Of a DNA stretch of 48,706 bases, positions 16,714 through 23,923 are shown piece after piece. Position numbers and translations under genes: made by a program. The first letter of the stretch is position 1, and every line of letters begins with the position of its first letter. The DNA comes from an uncultured Candidatus Saccharibacteria bacterium. GTDB lineage: Bacteria > Patescibacteriota > Minisyncoccia > Phycocordibacterales > UBA6065. The notes below the pieces were generated by a model. That model was not told the origin of the DNA. It searched no databases and was given only the letters and a program-made list of their open reading frames with translations. The DNA lies in assembly GCA_964368565.1 (NCBI GenBank), contig CAYJAC010000004.1, positions 1-48,706 on the forward strand, in the 5' to 3' direction.

Positions 16714-17751
16714 ATGTCACACGAAGTACTCTATCGAAAATATCGTCCACAAGGATTCGACTCGGTCATCGGCCAGGAATCTGTGGTAAAAGCCCTGAAG
16801 GGGGCGATAAAGTCGGAGGCTATCGCGCATGCATATCTTTTTGCAGGATCGCGTGGCATAGGCAAGACCTCGATTGCGCGTATTTTCGCTTCAGAAATTG
16901 GTACCAGCGCAAACGACATCTATGAAATCGACGCTGCATCGAACCGAGGTATCGACGACATTCGTGCACTGCGGGATGCAGTCGCCACTCTGCCGTTTGA
17001 ATCGAAGTTTAAAGTGTATATTATCGACGAGGTTCACATGCTCACAAAAGAGGCATTCAATGCGCTTCTTAAAACCCTTGAGGAGCCGCCAAAGCACGTT
17101 GTATTCATCCTTGCTACAACGGAATCTAACAAGCTTCCTGAAACTATCGTATCGCGCTGCCAGGTTTTTGAGTTCAAGAGGCCGACCGTCGATATTTTGA
17201 AGGACACCGTCACAGCTGTGGCTAAAAAGGAAGGTTATGCAATCGAACCTGCTGCGGCCGAACTCATCGCACTGGTTGGTGACGGATCATTCCGCGACAC
17301 TCATGGCATATTGGAGCGCGTCATAGCTGGCATTGATACAAAGGCAGGTAAAAAGATCGGTCGCGATATGGTAGAGGAGGCGACCGGCTCGCCAAAGTCA
17401 GTTATGGTCCGCGATTTCGTCGGGGCGCTTGCTCAAAAGAACGCGACAAAAGCCTTTGCTGTTATCAGCTCCATCCGTGCAAAGTCTTTTGATCCAAAGC
17501 TCTTCCTTGAACTTTCGCTTTCTCTTGTGCGTCTCTCGTTGCTCCACAAGATGGCTGTGCCGAATATTCTCGCCAATTCGTCGGGCGAGGACCAGGATTT
17601 TATCGCTGCGATGCTGGCCGACAAGGCAGCTGTGGTTGATTCAAAGCTTCTGCGAGCATTCCTTGTCGCATTTGATTATGTGGGAGTATCGCCGATTAGG
17701 GAGTTGCCGTTGGAATTGTTGGTGCTTAATGTTGTTGGAGAAAGCAAATAG
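16714..17751 (+). CDS. dnaX: DNA polymerase III subunit gamma/tau (short form, 345 aa)
   Basis: MSHEVLYRKYRPQGFDSVIGQ, GSRGIGKTSIARIFA and IIDEVHML. The ATG at 16714 is 6 nt after TATACT. The track start at 16636 runs through a perfect 10-bp hairpin and is rejected. Confidence 0.92.
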   Translation: MSHEVLYRKYRPQGFDSVIGQESVVKALKGAIKSEAIAHAYLFAGSRGIGKTSIARIFASEIGTSANDIYEIDAASNRGIDDIRALRDAVATLPFESKFKVYIIDEVHMLTKEAFNALLKTLEEPPKHVVFILATTESNKLPETIVSRCQVFEFKRPTVDILKDTVTAVAKKEGYAIEPAAAELIALVGDGSFRDTHGILERVIAGIDTKAGKKIGRDMVEEATGSPKSVMVRDFVGALAQKNATKAFAVISSIRAKSFDPKLFLELSLSLVRLSLLHKMAVPNILANSSGEDQDFIAAMLADKAAVVDSKLLRAFLVAFDYVGVSPIRELPLELLVLNVVGESK

Positions 17752-17777
17752 GGGATAACTACTAGTTTTCTTTAGAA

Positions 17778-17803
17778 TTTCTTTATCTGTCGCATGCTAT
17801 CCT
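17778..17803 (+). promoter_or_regulatory. Bipartite motif (TTTAGA-ATTTC-TTTATC) plus extended -10 TGCTATCCT
   Basis: cTTTAGAatttcTTTATCtgt-cgca-TGCTATCCT. A second -10-like box, TTTAAT, lies 6 nt before ATG 17825. Confidence 0.5.
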
Positions 17804-17824
17804 GCATGTGATTTTAATTTGTGC

Positions 17825-18514
17825 ATGAAATTAGATTTAAAGAATAGGGCAATAGCCCTGCGACGAGAAGGTAAAACATATTCAGAGATACTGAAGGATA
17901 TTCCTGTTGCAAAGTCGACGCTTACGCTGTGGTTTCATGAAGTTGAATTAGCTGTGCATCAAAAGCAGAGAATAACCGAGAAAAGGATAGCTGGGCAGAA
18001 GAAAGCCGCTCAAGCAAAGCGTCATAAGAGGACTAGATCTCAAGATGCAATATGGACAGAAGCGGAAAGAGAAATTGGGACGCTTTCAAAACGGGAGCTA
18101 TGGCTTATCGGAATAGCCTTGTACTGGGCAGAGGGATCAAAGGAAAAAGAATGGAAACCCGGCACGGGTATGAAGTTTTCTAATTCTGATCCCAGAATGA
18201 TACGGGTATTCTTGAGATGGGTTGGAGAATTTTTCCATACAAAACCGAATGACATTAGTTTTGAGATATTTATTCATGAACACAAAAGGAATCAGATTTC
18301 AGAGGTTGTTAATTTTTGGTCGAGACAGGTCTTTTTTCCAAAAGAATCTTTTAATAAAATTTACTATAAAAGACATAATGTTTTGACCAAAAGAAAAAAT
18401 GTCGGTTTCTTGTACAACGGTCAATTACGCGTTACTATAGCCAAAAGTTCAACTTTAGTTAGGAAGGTAGAGGGTTGGACAAGAGGAATAGATACATATT
18501 GCCAGATCGTCTAA
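17825..18514 (+). CDS. HTH + LAGLIDADG-like endonuclease-family protein (paralog 3 of 3)
   Basis: MKLDLKNRAIALRREGKTYSEI parallels MKVELKIKAIELRKKGYSLKEI of paralog 2. Shared motifs: LYWAEGSK, FSNSDPRMIRVFLRWV, FWSRQVFFPKESFNKIY. The last 4 codons plus TAA (TGC CAG ATC GTC TAA) are nt 1-15 of tRNA-Gln. Confidence 0.7.
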   Translation: MKLDLKNRAIALRREGKTYSEILKDIPVAKSTLTLWFHEVELAVHQKQRITEKRIAGQKKAAQAKRHKRTRSQDAIWTEAEREIGTLSKRELWLIGIALYWAEGSKEKEWKPGTGMKFSNSDPRMIRVFLRWVGEFFHTKPNDISFEIFIHEHKRNQISEVVNFWSRQVFFPKESFNKIYYKRHNVLTKRKNVGFLYNGQLRVTIAKSSTLVRKVEGWTRGIDTYCQIV

Positions 18515-18570
18515 CGGCAGGACGCGGGACTTTGAATCCTGAAATTTTGGTTCGACTCCAAGTCTGGCAA
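18500..18570 (+). tRNA. tRNA-Gln (anticodon TTG)
   Basis: TGCCAGA-TC-GTCT-AACGGCA-GGAC-G-CGGGA-CTTTGAA-TCCTG-AAAT-TTTGG-TTCGACT-CCAAG-TCTGGCA-A. It has the U1-A72 pair typical of bacterial tRNA-Gln. No CCA is encoded. Confidence 0.9.
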
Positions 18571-18596
18571 CAACAAGATTTGATACAATAGCTTAC

Positions 18597-18776
18597 ATGA
18601 AAATAACACGCAGGAAATTTCTTCTTATAGTTTGGGCGTTATCGATCATAATCGCGGGCTGTCTTGTCGCTCGAGTGTCAGGTATCCCTCAGTATGGTTG
18701 GGCGCTAAGCCTGTCATTACTCTCGATTTCGCTTGGAGTTCCGCTTATGCGAGCTCTCACGGAATTCTCGAAATAG
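18597..18776 (+). CDS. Small membrane protein (59 aa, below the ORF-track cutoff)
   Basis: ATG lies 7 nt after TGaTACAAT. My translation is MKITRRKFLLIVWALSIIIAGCLVARVSGIPQYGWALSLSLLSISLGVPLMRALTEFSK, with two hydrophobic helices. TAG at 18774-18776. Confidence 0.5.
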   Translation: MKITRRKFLLIVWALSIIIAGCLVARVSGIPQYGWALSLSLLSISLGVPLMRALTEFSK

Positions 18777-18843
18777 GTTCCAACATCGTCCCACACTGCC
18801 AACCAAGTTGAGATTAGTTTCCAACGCTCAAGTCGCTTATAAT
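18776..18843 (+). repeat. Junction repeat: GGTTCCAACATCGTCCCACACTGCCAACCAAGTTGA, then AGTTTCCAACGCTCAAGTCGC-TTATAAT (degenerate copies of the tRNA-Gln 3' half)
   Basis: Compare tRNA-Gln 18549-18589, GGTTCGACTCCAAGTCTGGCAACAACAAGATTTGATACAAT. Related copies lie at 19245, 19944, 20322 and 21491. Confidence 0.55.
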
Positions 18844-18849
18844 TAACTT

Positions 18850-19158
18850 ATGGAATATCAATTAGTCATACAATTTCCTGCCGCTGATTTAAAGGATTTT
18901 GACAAATTAGTTAGTATAGAAGATATGCTCATCGCAGGTCTTGGTGATTTAGCTTTGGTTGATGGACATGATATGGGAAGCGGTGAGGCAAATTTGTTTA
19001 TACTGGGCAATGATCCACAAGCTATCTTCAAGAAAGTGAAAGAGATTCTTGATTCAAAAAAGAAGACTTCAAAGATGAAAGCTGGCTTCCGTAAAATTAC
19101 AGAAGAGAATTATAAGCCAATTTGGCCAGTCGGGTTAGCATCGTTCTCAGTGAAGTAA
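18850..19158 (+). CDS. Hypothetical protein (102 aa)
   Basis: ATG lies 6 nt after TATAAT. Soluble protein; no motif I can name with confidence. Confidence 0.6.
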   Translation: MEYQLVIQFPAADLKDFDKLVSIEDMLIAGLGDLALVDGHDMGSGEANLFILGNDPQAIFKKVKEILDSKKKTSKMKAGFRKITEENYKPIWPVGLASFSVK

Positions 19159-19244
19159 TTTTGTCGGGAATATAGTTGCTCAAGTCCCGTCGATTTGGTT
19201 AAGAAAAATCTACCATACTGACCTTACAGGTCTTGCCCAAGGCT

Positions 19245-19285
19245 GGTTTTAACTCGAGTCGGCCAACAAAATAGTTTGGTATAAT
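19245..19285 (+). repeat. Best-preserved copy of the tRNA-Gln 3' half + flank + -10 box
   Basis: GGTTTTAACTCGAGTCGGCCAACAAAATAGTTTGGTATAAT aligns with tRNA-Gln GGTTCGACTCCAAGTCTGGCAACAACAAGATTTGATACAAT (18549-18589). By eye about three quarters of positions are identical, with two 1-nt gaps. Confidence 0.6.
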
Positions 19286-19294
19286 AAAGCAATA

Positions 19295-19939
19295 ATGGAA
19301 GCAAAAAAAGCCTGGAAAAATATTCATGCCGATTATTCGAAGCAGGATTGGGTGAACAAACCATCAATCTTTGCTGAAGAAACAGCTTCATATTTACCCC
19401 ATACTGGCTCCTTTCTTGAAATTGGTGGAGGTCTTGGACAGGACTCTATTTTCTTTGCAAGAAAAGGATACAGTGTAACGCTCACTGACCACTCAGAGGA
19501 TGCAATTGCAAAGGCGGTGCCCAAAATTTTAGAAGCGAAATTATCTAACTCAATAAACACTCAAGTTGTCGACGCGGCACAACCTCTTCCGTTTGAGGAT
19601 TCAAGCTTTGATATCGTGTATGCACACCTTTCACTTCATTACTTCGACGCCAAAACAACTATTAAAATTTTTTCTGAAATAAGGAGAGTGCTCAAACCAG
19701 GTGGGGTGGTTGCAGCATTTTTTAATTCAGTATCTGATCCGGAATGTGGCACAGGTATAAAATTAGAAGAGGGTTACTTCCTCATTCAAGGAGTAAAGAA
19801 AAGATTCTTCAGTGTTGACTCGCTCGAAGTGTTTATAAAGGAATTCAAAACTGTTGTTCTTGATAACAATGGTGAGACATATAAAGATAGTGCTAAAGGT
19901 ATACATAACCTGATTAGGTTTATTGGAAAAAAGAGTTAA
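19295..19939 (+). CDS. Class I SAM-dependent methyltransferase
   Basis: Motif I LEIGGGLGQDSIFFARKG, motif II-like FDIVYAHLSLHY, and LKPGGVV. Confidence 0.85.
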   Translation: MEAKKAWKNIHADYSKQDWVNKPSIFAEETASYLPHTGSFLEIGGGLGQDSIFFARKGYSVTLTDHSEDAIAKAVPKILEAKLSNSINTQVVDAAQPLPFEDSSFDIVYAHLSLHYFDAKTTIKIFSEIRRVLKPGGVVAAFFNSVSDPECGTGIKLEEGYFLIQGVKKRFFSVDSLEVFIKEFKTVVLDNNGETYKDSAKGIHNLIRFIGKKS

Positions 19940-19943
19940 GACA

Positions 19944-19987
19944 GGTTCCAACATTATTCCACACTGCTAACAAGCAAGTGATATAAT
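19944..19987 (+). repeat. Junction repeat GGTTCCAACATTATTCCACACTGCTAACAAGCAAGTGATATAAT
   Basis: Shares GGTTCCAACAT..CCACACTGC.AAC with 18776 and 20329. Its 3' part, CTGCTAACAAGCAAGTGATATAAT, parallels the tRNA-Gln end CTGGCAACAACAAGATTTGATACAAT. Confidence 0.55.
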
Positions 19988-19993
19988 TTGTAT

Positions 19994-20326
19994 ATGAAAT
20001 CTCTGAAGTTTGAGTCACAGTACGTTTCCCAAATACTCTCAGGTGAAAAGACCAGCACCTGGAGACTTTTTGACGATAAAGATTTGAAAATACACGATTC
20101 GCTCGCCTTGGTAGATAGAGACAGTGGTGAGGTTTTCGCCAAAGCGGTGATAGTCAGAATCAGAGAGATGGAGCTCCAAAATGTTCGAGATAGCGATTAT
20201 GACAACACTCATCATAAACCCGCATCGAAAGAGGAACTCTATGAGTCATACAGAAAGAGCTACGGTCTCAAAGTTGCGCCCGATAGCATTCTAAAAATTA
20301 TCGATTTTGACCTTCTTAAGGCCTAG
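19994..20326 (+). CDS. ASCH-domain protein (YqfB-like size and pattern)
   Basis: About 110 aa. N-terminus LKFESQYVSQILSGEKTSTWR resembles the ASCH/PUA-like beta-barrel start. ATG lies 6 nt after TGaTATAAT. Confidence 0.65.
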   Translation: MKSLKFESQYVSQILSGEKTSTWRLFDDKDLKIHDSLALVDRDSGEVFAKAVIVRIREMELQNVRDSDYDNTHHKPASKEELYESYRKSYGLKVAPDSILKIIDFDLLKA

Positions 20327-20359
20327 AAGGATTCCAACATCGTCCCACACCACCATCAC
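20322..20359 (+). repeat. Junction repeat GCCTAGAAGGATTCCAACATCGTCCCACACCACCATCAC
   Basis: Third copy of the GGTTCCAACATCGTCCCACAC core. It overlaps the last codons and stop of the ASCH gene. Confidence 0.5.
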
Positions 20360-20407
20360 TTCTATTCCTAAATGGGTCAAAATGACCAAAGATGATAAAA
20401 TCAAGAC

Positions 20408-21025
20408 ATGTTAAAAATCTATTTAGCACGACATGGCCAAAACATCGATAATATCGCGGGTATTCTTAATGGTCACCGCGATGAGCCTTTGACTAAAAAG
20501 GGTATTGAACAAGCGCATGAAGTTGCTGAAAAAATAAAAGAAATCAAAGTGTATTTTGATGCTGTCTATAGCTCACCGCTCATGAGAGCCTTCGATACTG
20601 CAAAAATAATCTCAGAAACCACAAAATCTCCTGAACCTGAAAAAGAGTTACTTCTAATAGAACGTGATTTCGGGATTATGACAGGAAAGAATATATCTGA
20701 TATTGAAAAGCTATGTGCGCCAAGTATAATTAAAGCGGAAATTATTACTTATTTTCTTGATCCGGAGGGCGCTGAAACATTCCCTGATCTTATGGTACGA
20801 GCAAGAATTTTACTTGATAAAATCGAGGCGAAACAAAAAGATGGAAACATTCTACTGGTAACACATGGTGATATCGGAAAAATGATCTATGCCGAGTACT
20901 ATAAACTGGATTGGAAGAAGATTTTGACACAGTTCCATTTCGGTAATTGCGATTTACTCCTTATGTCAAAGGATTCAACACATGATAATGCCCATGTGTT
21001 TAAACTACTTCAACATAATCACTAA
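20408..21025 (+). CDS. Histidine phosphatase family protein (phosphoglycerate-mutase-like)
   Basis: Catalytic RHG motif (IYLARHGQN) and a C-terminal LLVTHGD motif. Confidence 0.85.
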   Translation: MLKIYLARHGQNIDNIAGILNGHRDEPLTKKGIEQAHEVAEKIKEIKVYFDAVYSSPLMRAFDTAKIISETTKSPEPEKELLLIERDFGIMTGKNISDIEKLCAPSIIKAEIITYFLDPEGAETFPDLMVRARILLDKIEAKQKDGNILLVTHGDIGKMIYAEYYKLDWKKILTQFHFGNCDLLLMSKDSTHDNAHVFKLLQHNH

Positions 21026-21080
21026 CAAAAACAAAAATCTCGGGCATTAGGTTCCTGAAACTTTTGTTATACTTCAACAT

Positions 21081-21497
21081 ATGAAAATAGGAGTAATCGG
21101 GAGTATGCAGTACATAGAGAGGATGCTTGAGACGCGGGACAAACTCAATGCCTTGGGCCACCAGGCATTTGTGACAGGCTTACACCAGGCATTTGTCGGT
21201 AAGACTGACGAGGAGAAGGAGGCTATTAAGATTGAGCAGAAGAACAATCAGGATGCCATAAGGGAATTTTGGAATATGATGCAGGGTGCGGATGCTGTAT
21301 TGGTGCTTAATCTCGACAAGCATGGTATCAAAAACTATATCGGCGGTAATACCCTCATGGAGATAGGTTTCGCTCATGTCCTAAACCAGAAGATATTTCT
21401 CCTCAATCCCATTCCCGACATCCAGTTCTACAAGACCGAAATCGAAGCGGTTAAGCCCATCATAATTAATGGAGATTTGTCTCTTATTAAAGCCTAG
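21081..21497 (+). CDS. Nucleoside 2-deoxyribosyltransferase-like Rossmann protein
   Basis: MKIGVIGSM start. DAVLVLNLDKHG...YIGGNTLMEIGFA pattern as in NDT-like or DUF4406-type proteins. Assignment is by motif resemblance only. Confidence 0.5.
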   Translation: MKIGVIGSMQYIERMLETRDKLNALGHQAFVTGLHQAFVGKTDEEKEAIKIEQKNNQDAIREFWNMMQGADAVLVLNLDKHGIKNYIGGNTLMEIGFAHVLNQKIFLLNPIPDIQFYKTEIEAVKPIIINGDLSLIKA

Positions 21498-21533
21498 AAC
21501 GGGTTCAGGTTTGACCACTATAATCATTGCATT

Positions 21534-22046
21534 ATGACTCGCACTATAGATATCAGAAATTTTAAAAAGATACTCATTATTGGTGAGTCTGGCCGGGGTA
21601 AGTCTACGCTTGCGCGAAAACTTGCCGATAGGTTTTCTCTACCGCTCTATTCCACAGACGATTTCTTTTGGAAAACCAAATTCACCGAACCGAATGATCG
21701 CCAAAAAAGCATTATCGATATTAAATCGATTTATGCAACCGATATGTGGATTGTTGAGGGCAGCTCTAATCATTTGATAGTACCAGGGCTAGAAAGGGCT
21801 GATGTAATAATCAACTTGGTGTTTCGAAACATATTCGCCCAGTGGTGGTCGCTTATAAAGCGAAACCAAGTAAGGGGTGGGGAGAGAATATTTTCCCACC
21901 TGGCCTATGTCGCAAAAAAGCGCTTTGGCATTGGTAATGACAAGGAAAAAAGAAAGCGCGAGGCTTTGAAACCGTACACTTTAAAGATTGTTACGCTCCG
22001 CTCCTATGGGCAGATTGATAGATTATTGCTTTCAAAGACCATTTAA
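21534..22046 (+). CDS. P-loop NTPase, adenylate-kinase/topology-modulation-protein-like
   Basis: Walker A IIGESGRGKSTLARKLA at the N-terminus; about 170 aa. Confidence 0.7.
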   Translation: MTRTIDIRNFKKILIIGESGRGKSTLARKLADRFSLPLYSTDDFFWKTKFTEPNDRQKSIIDIKSIYATDMWIVEGSSNHLIVPGLERADVIINLVFRNIFAQWWSLIKRNQVRGGERIFSHLAYVAKKRFGIGNDKEKRKREALKPYTLKIVTLRSYGQIDRLLLSKTI

Positions 22047-22101
22047 GGTCATCAGTTAGAACCTAATCAAAATCCCAATAAACCGTGATACAATCCCTCA
22101 T

Positions 22102-22440
22102 ATGACGCTTCGAAAGTTTCTTTCAGTAGCTTTGATTGCAGTTGCAGCATTCTCAGTCGCGGTATGCGCACACGCTGCTTTTGTTTCTATGGGCCATATG
22201 GAGGGCCACGCAGACATGTCTGAGGGACATGTTGCTCATGCTCAATCTCTGATACAGGCAACCGTCCCAGCAGTTATCCTATTTACGATCCTGATTGTAT
22301 TTGCTCTGGCTGTCGCGTCATTTTTTGACGCAATAACGGTTCACATCCAATCGGTGTACGTCGCACTCGAGTCGCCTCCGCCGCGCAGACAGTTGTACCT
22401 GTGCCGTACGTCTAGTCCTCGTTCGCCGCCGCGATACTAG
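22102..22440 (+). CDS. Small membrane protein with His-rich segment
   Basis: Signal/TM helix (FLSVALIAVAAFSVAVCAHA), HMEGHADMSEGHVAHAQ, and a second TM helix. ATG lies 7 nt after TGaTACAAT. Confidence 0.55.
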   Translation: MTLRKFLSVALIAVAAFSVAVCAHAAFVSMGHMEGHADMSEGHVAHAQSLIQATVPAVILFTILIVFALAVASFFDAITVHIQSVYVALESPPPRRQLYLCRTSSPRSPPRY

Positions 22441-22481
22441 GTTTTTCCTTGTATTACAAAGTCAGCTAACTAAAACATAAA

Positions 22482-22994
22482 ATGGAAATGACCCATTACA
22501 TGGAGTTGCTTGCGAGCAATCAACCATGGAACCTTATAGTATTCATGGCGATCCCGGTGATCTTGGCCGAGGCCGTCGCAATAACTGAACTCTACCTTCT
22601 CTTTACCCGCAAGCTGAGTGGTCCAGTTAAAAAAATTAATTCAGTAGCAGGTGCGTTAGTGGGAGTATATTTTGTCGGAGTCTTCCTGTACCTCATGAAT
22701 ACTGCTGTAATACCTCTCACCATGAGCGGGCAGTGGAGGGGTTATGCAGATGTTATTGCTGTAGGGTTTTACCTCGCCGGAGTTTTGCCGCTCGGAGGAT
22801 TGGCTCTTTTGGAGTTTGGTCTTATCAAAAGAAAAGCGGATGCCGAGGACAAACTAAAATTGCACGCAGTGTTGGTTGCGGTTTTTCTGGTTGTAGCCCA
22901 CGTAGCGATGATATTTGGCATGCTTAATCCGACTGTTACGGGTTGGGTTGCTCCGAATGCAGATGCAGCAAGTTCGATGATGATGGAGCACTAG
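22482..22994 (+). CDS. Integral membrane protein (4 TM), Met/His-rich C-terminus
   Basis: Four hydrophobic helices; C-terminus ADAASSMMMEH. Confidence 0.6.
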   Translation: MEMTHYMELLASNQPWNLIVFMAIPVILAEAVAITELYLLFTRKLSGPVKKINSVAGALVGVYFVGVFLYLMNTAVIPLTMSGQWRGYADVIAVGFYLAGVLPLGGLALLEFGLIKRKADAEDKLKLHAVLVAVFLVVAHVAMIFGMLNPTVTGWVAPNADAASSMMMEH

Positions 22995-23033
22995 AAAGTA
23001 TGAGGCTGGGCGGGATAGGTCTGTAGCAAATGC

Positions 23034-23058
23034 AAAACAGCGCCATCGGCGCTGTTTT
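23034..23058 (+). terminator. Intrinsic terminator
   Basis: AAAACAGCGCC-atc-GGCGCTGTTTT. Confidence 0.8.
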
Positions 23059-23072
23059 GCTATCATATATAC

Positions 23073-23510
23073 ATGGATATCAAACAAAGAATCAGTGAAG
23101 CTTTGGACAAGGGGCACCTTATGAGCCTAGCCACGATCGATAGTGGTGGTGTATGGGTCGCTGACTTAGTGTATGTGTGCGATGCGGATTTCAACATATA
23201 TTGGATGTCGCACGACAAGGTTCGACACTCGAAGGCGATTTCGGAAAATCCCGCAGTCGCCGGCAGTATTACTACGAATTTAAGGAATAAGGAGCCTAAC
23301 CTAGGAATTCAGTTTTCAGGTATTGCTACAAAAATCGACGGGCCAAGGTTCGACTTGGCAAAACTGCAAATGAAAAAAAGAGGCAATCCCGAACCAAAGG
23401 AAGGGGATGATGTTCTGAAGGGTGCATCGTGGTATGTACTGAAGCCAAAGCGTATTGACCTCATTGATGAGGTGAATCTGGGCTTCAAGAAGATGAGTCT
23501 GGATATGTAA
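23073..23510 (+). CDS. Pyridoxamine 5'-phosphate oxidase family (split-barrel) protein
   Basis: GHLMSLATIDSGGVWVADLVY...IYWMS pattern of PNPOx-like / general stress protein 26 family. Confidence 0.7.
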   Translation: MDIKQRISEALDKGHLMSLATIDSGGVWVADLVYVCDADFNIYWMSHDKVRHSKAISENPAVAGSITTNLRNKEPNLGIQFSGIATKIDGPRFDLAKLQMKKRGNPEPKEGDDVLKGASWYVLKPKRIDLIDEVNLGFKKMSLDM

Positions 23511-23527
23511 TACGATATACTTAACAT

Positions 23528-23923
23528 ATGAAAATACTTATATATATCTACGCGCTTCTTGCCTTGGCCATCCTTGATGCAATTTGGCTTTTTAGTACAG
23601 GAGCTCAGTATAAAAAATGGCTAGGGCATTTGTTTGCGGATAAAGTCAATTTTATTCCTGCGATCATCTTTTATCTTCTCTATACATTCGGTGTAGTCTT
23701 TTTCGTGGCTTGGCCAGCAATAAAGGGAGGAACAAGTTTACCGATGGTACTCTTGTCCGGCGCTCTCTTTGGTTTGATTGCATATGCCACCTATGACCTT
23801 ACCAACCATGCGACGATGCGCAGCTGGCCGCTAATAGTCACTTGTATTGATATGGTGTGGGGCGCAGTGCTGACGGGAATAGTGAGCGTAGCCGCTGTCG
23901 CTATCCATAGATACTTCAACTAA
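23528..23923 (+). CDS. DUF2177-like membrane protein
   Basis: 131 aa, four TM helices. N-terminus ALLALAILDAIWLFSTGAQYKKWLGHL resembles DUF2177. Confidence 0.6.
   Translation: MKILIYIYALLALAILDAIWLFSTGAQYKKWLGHLFADKVNFIPAIIFYLLYTFGVVFFVAWPAIKGGTSLPMVLLSGALFGLIAYATYDLTNHATMRSWPLIVTCIDMVWGAVLTGIVSVAAVAIHRYFN

Noticed and set aside
18776-21533. Integron gene-cassette array with attC sites.
   Set aside because: The junction repeats lack the attC architecture (R''/L''-loop-L'/R' inverted cores RYYYAAC / GTTRRRY). They are direct repeats resembling the tRNA-Gln 3' half. No intI or attI is present. The array is kept as a tRNA-anchored array instead.
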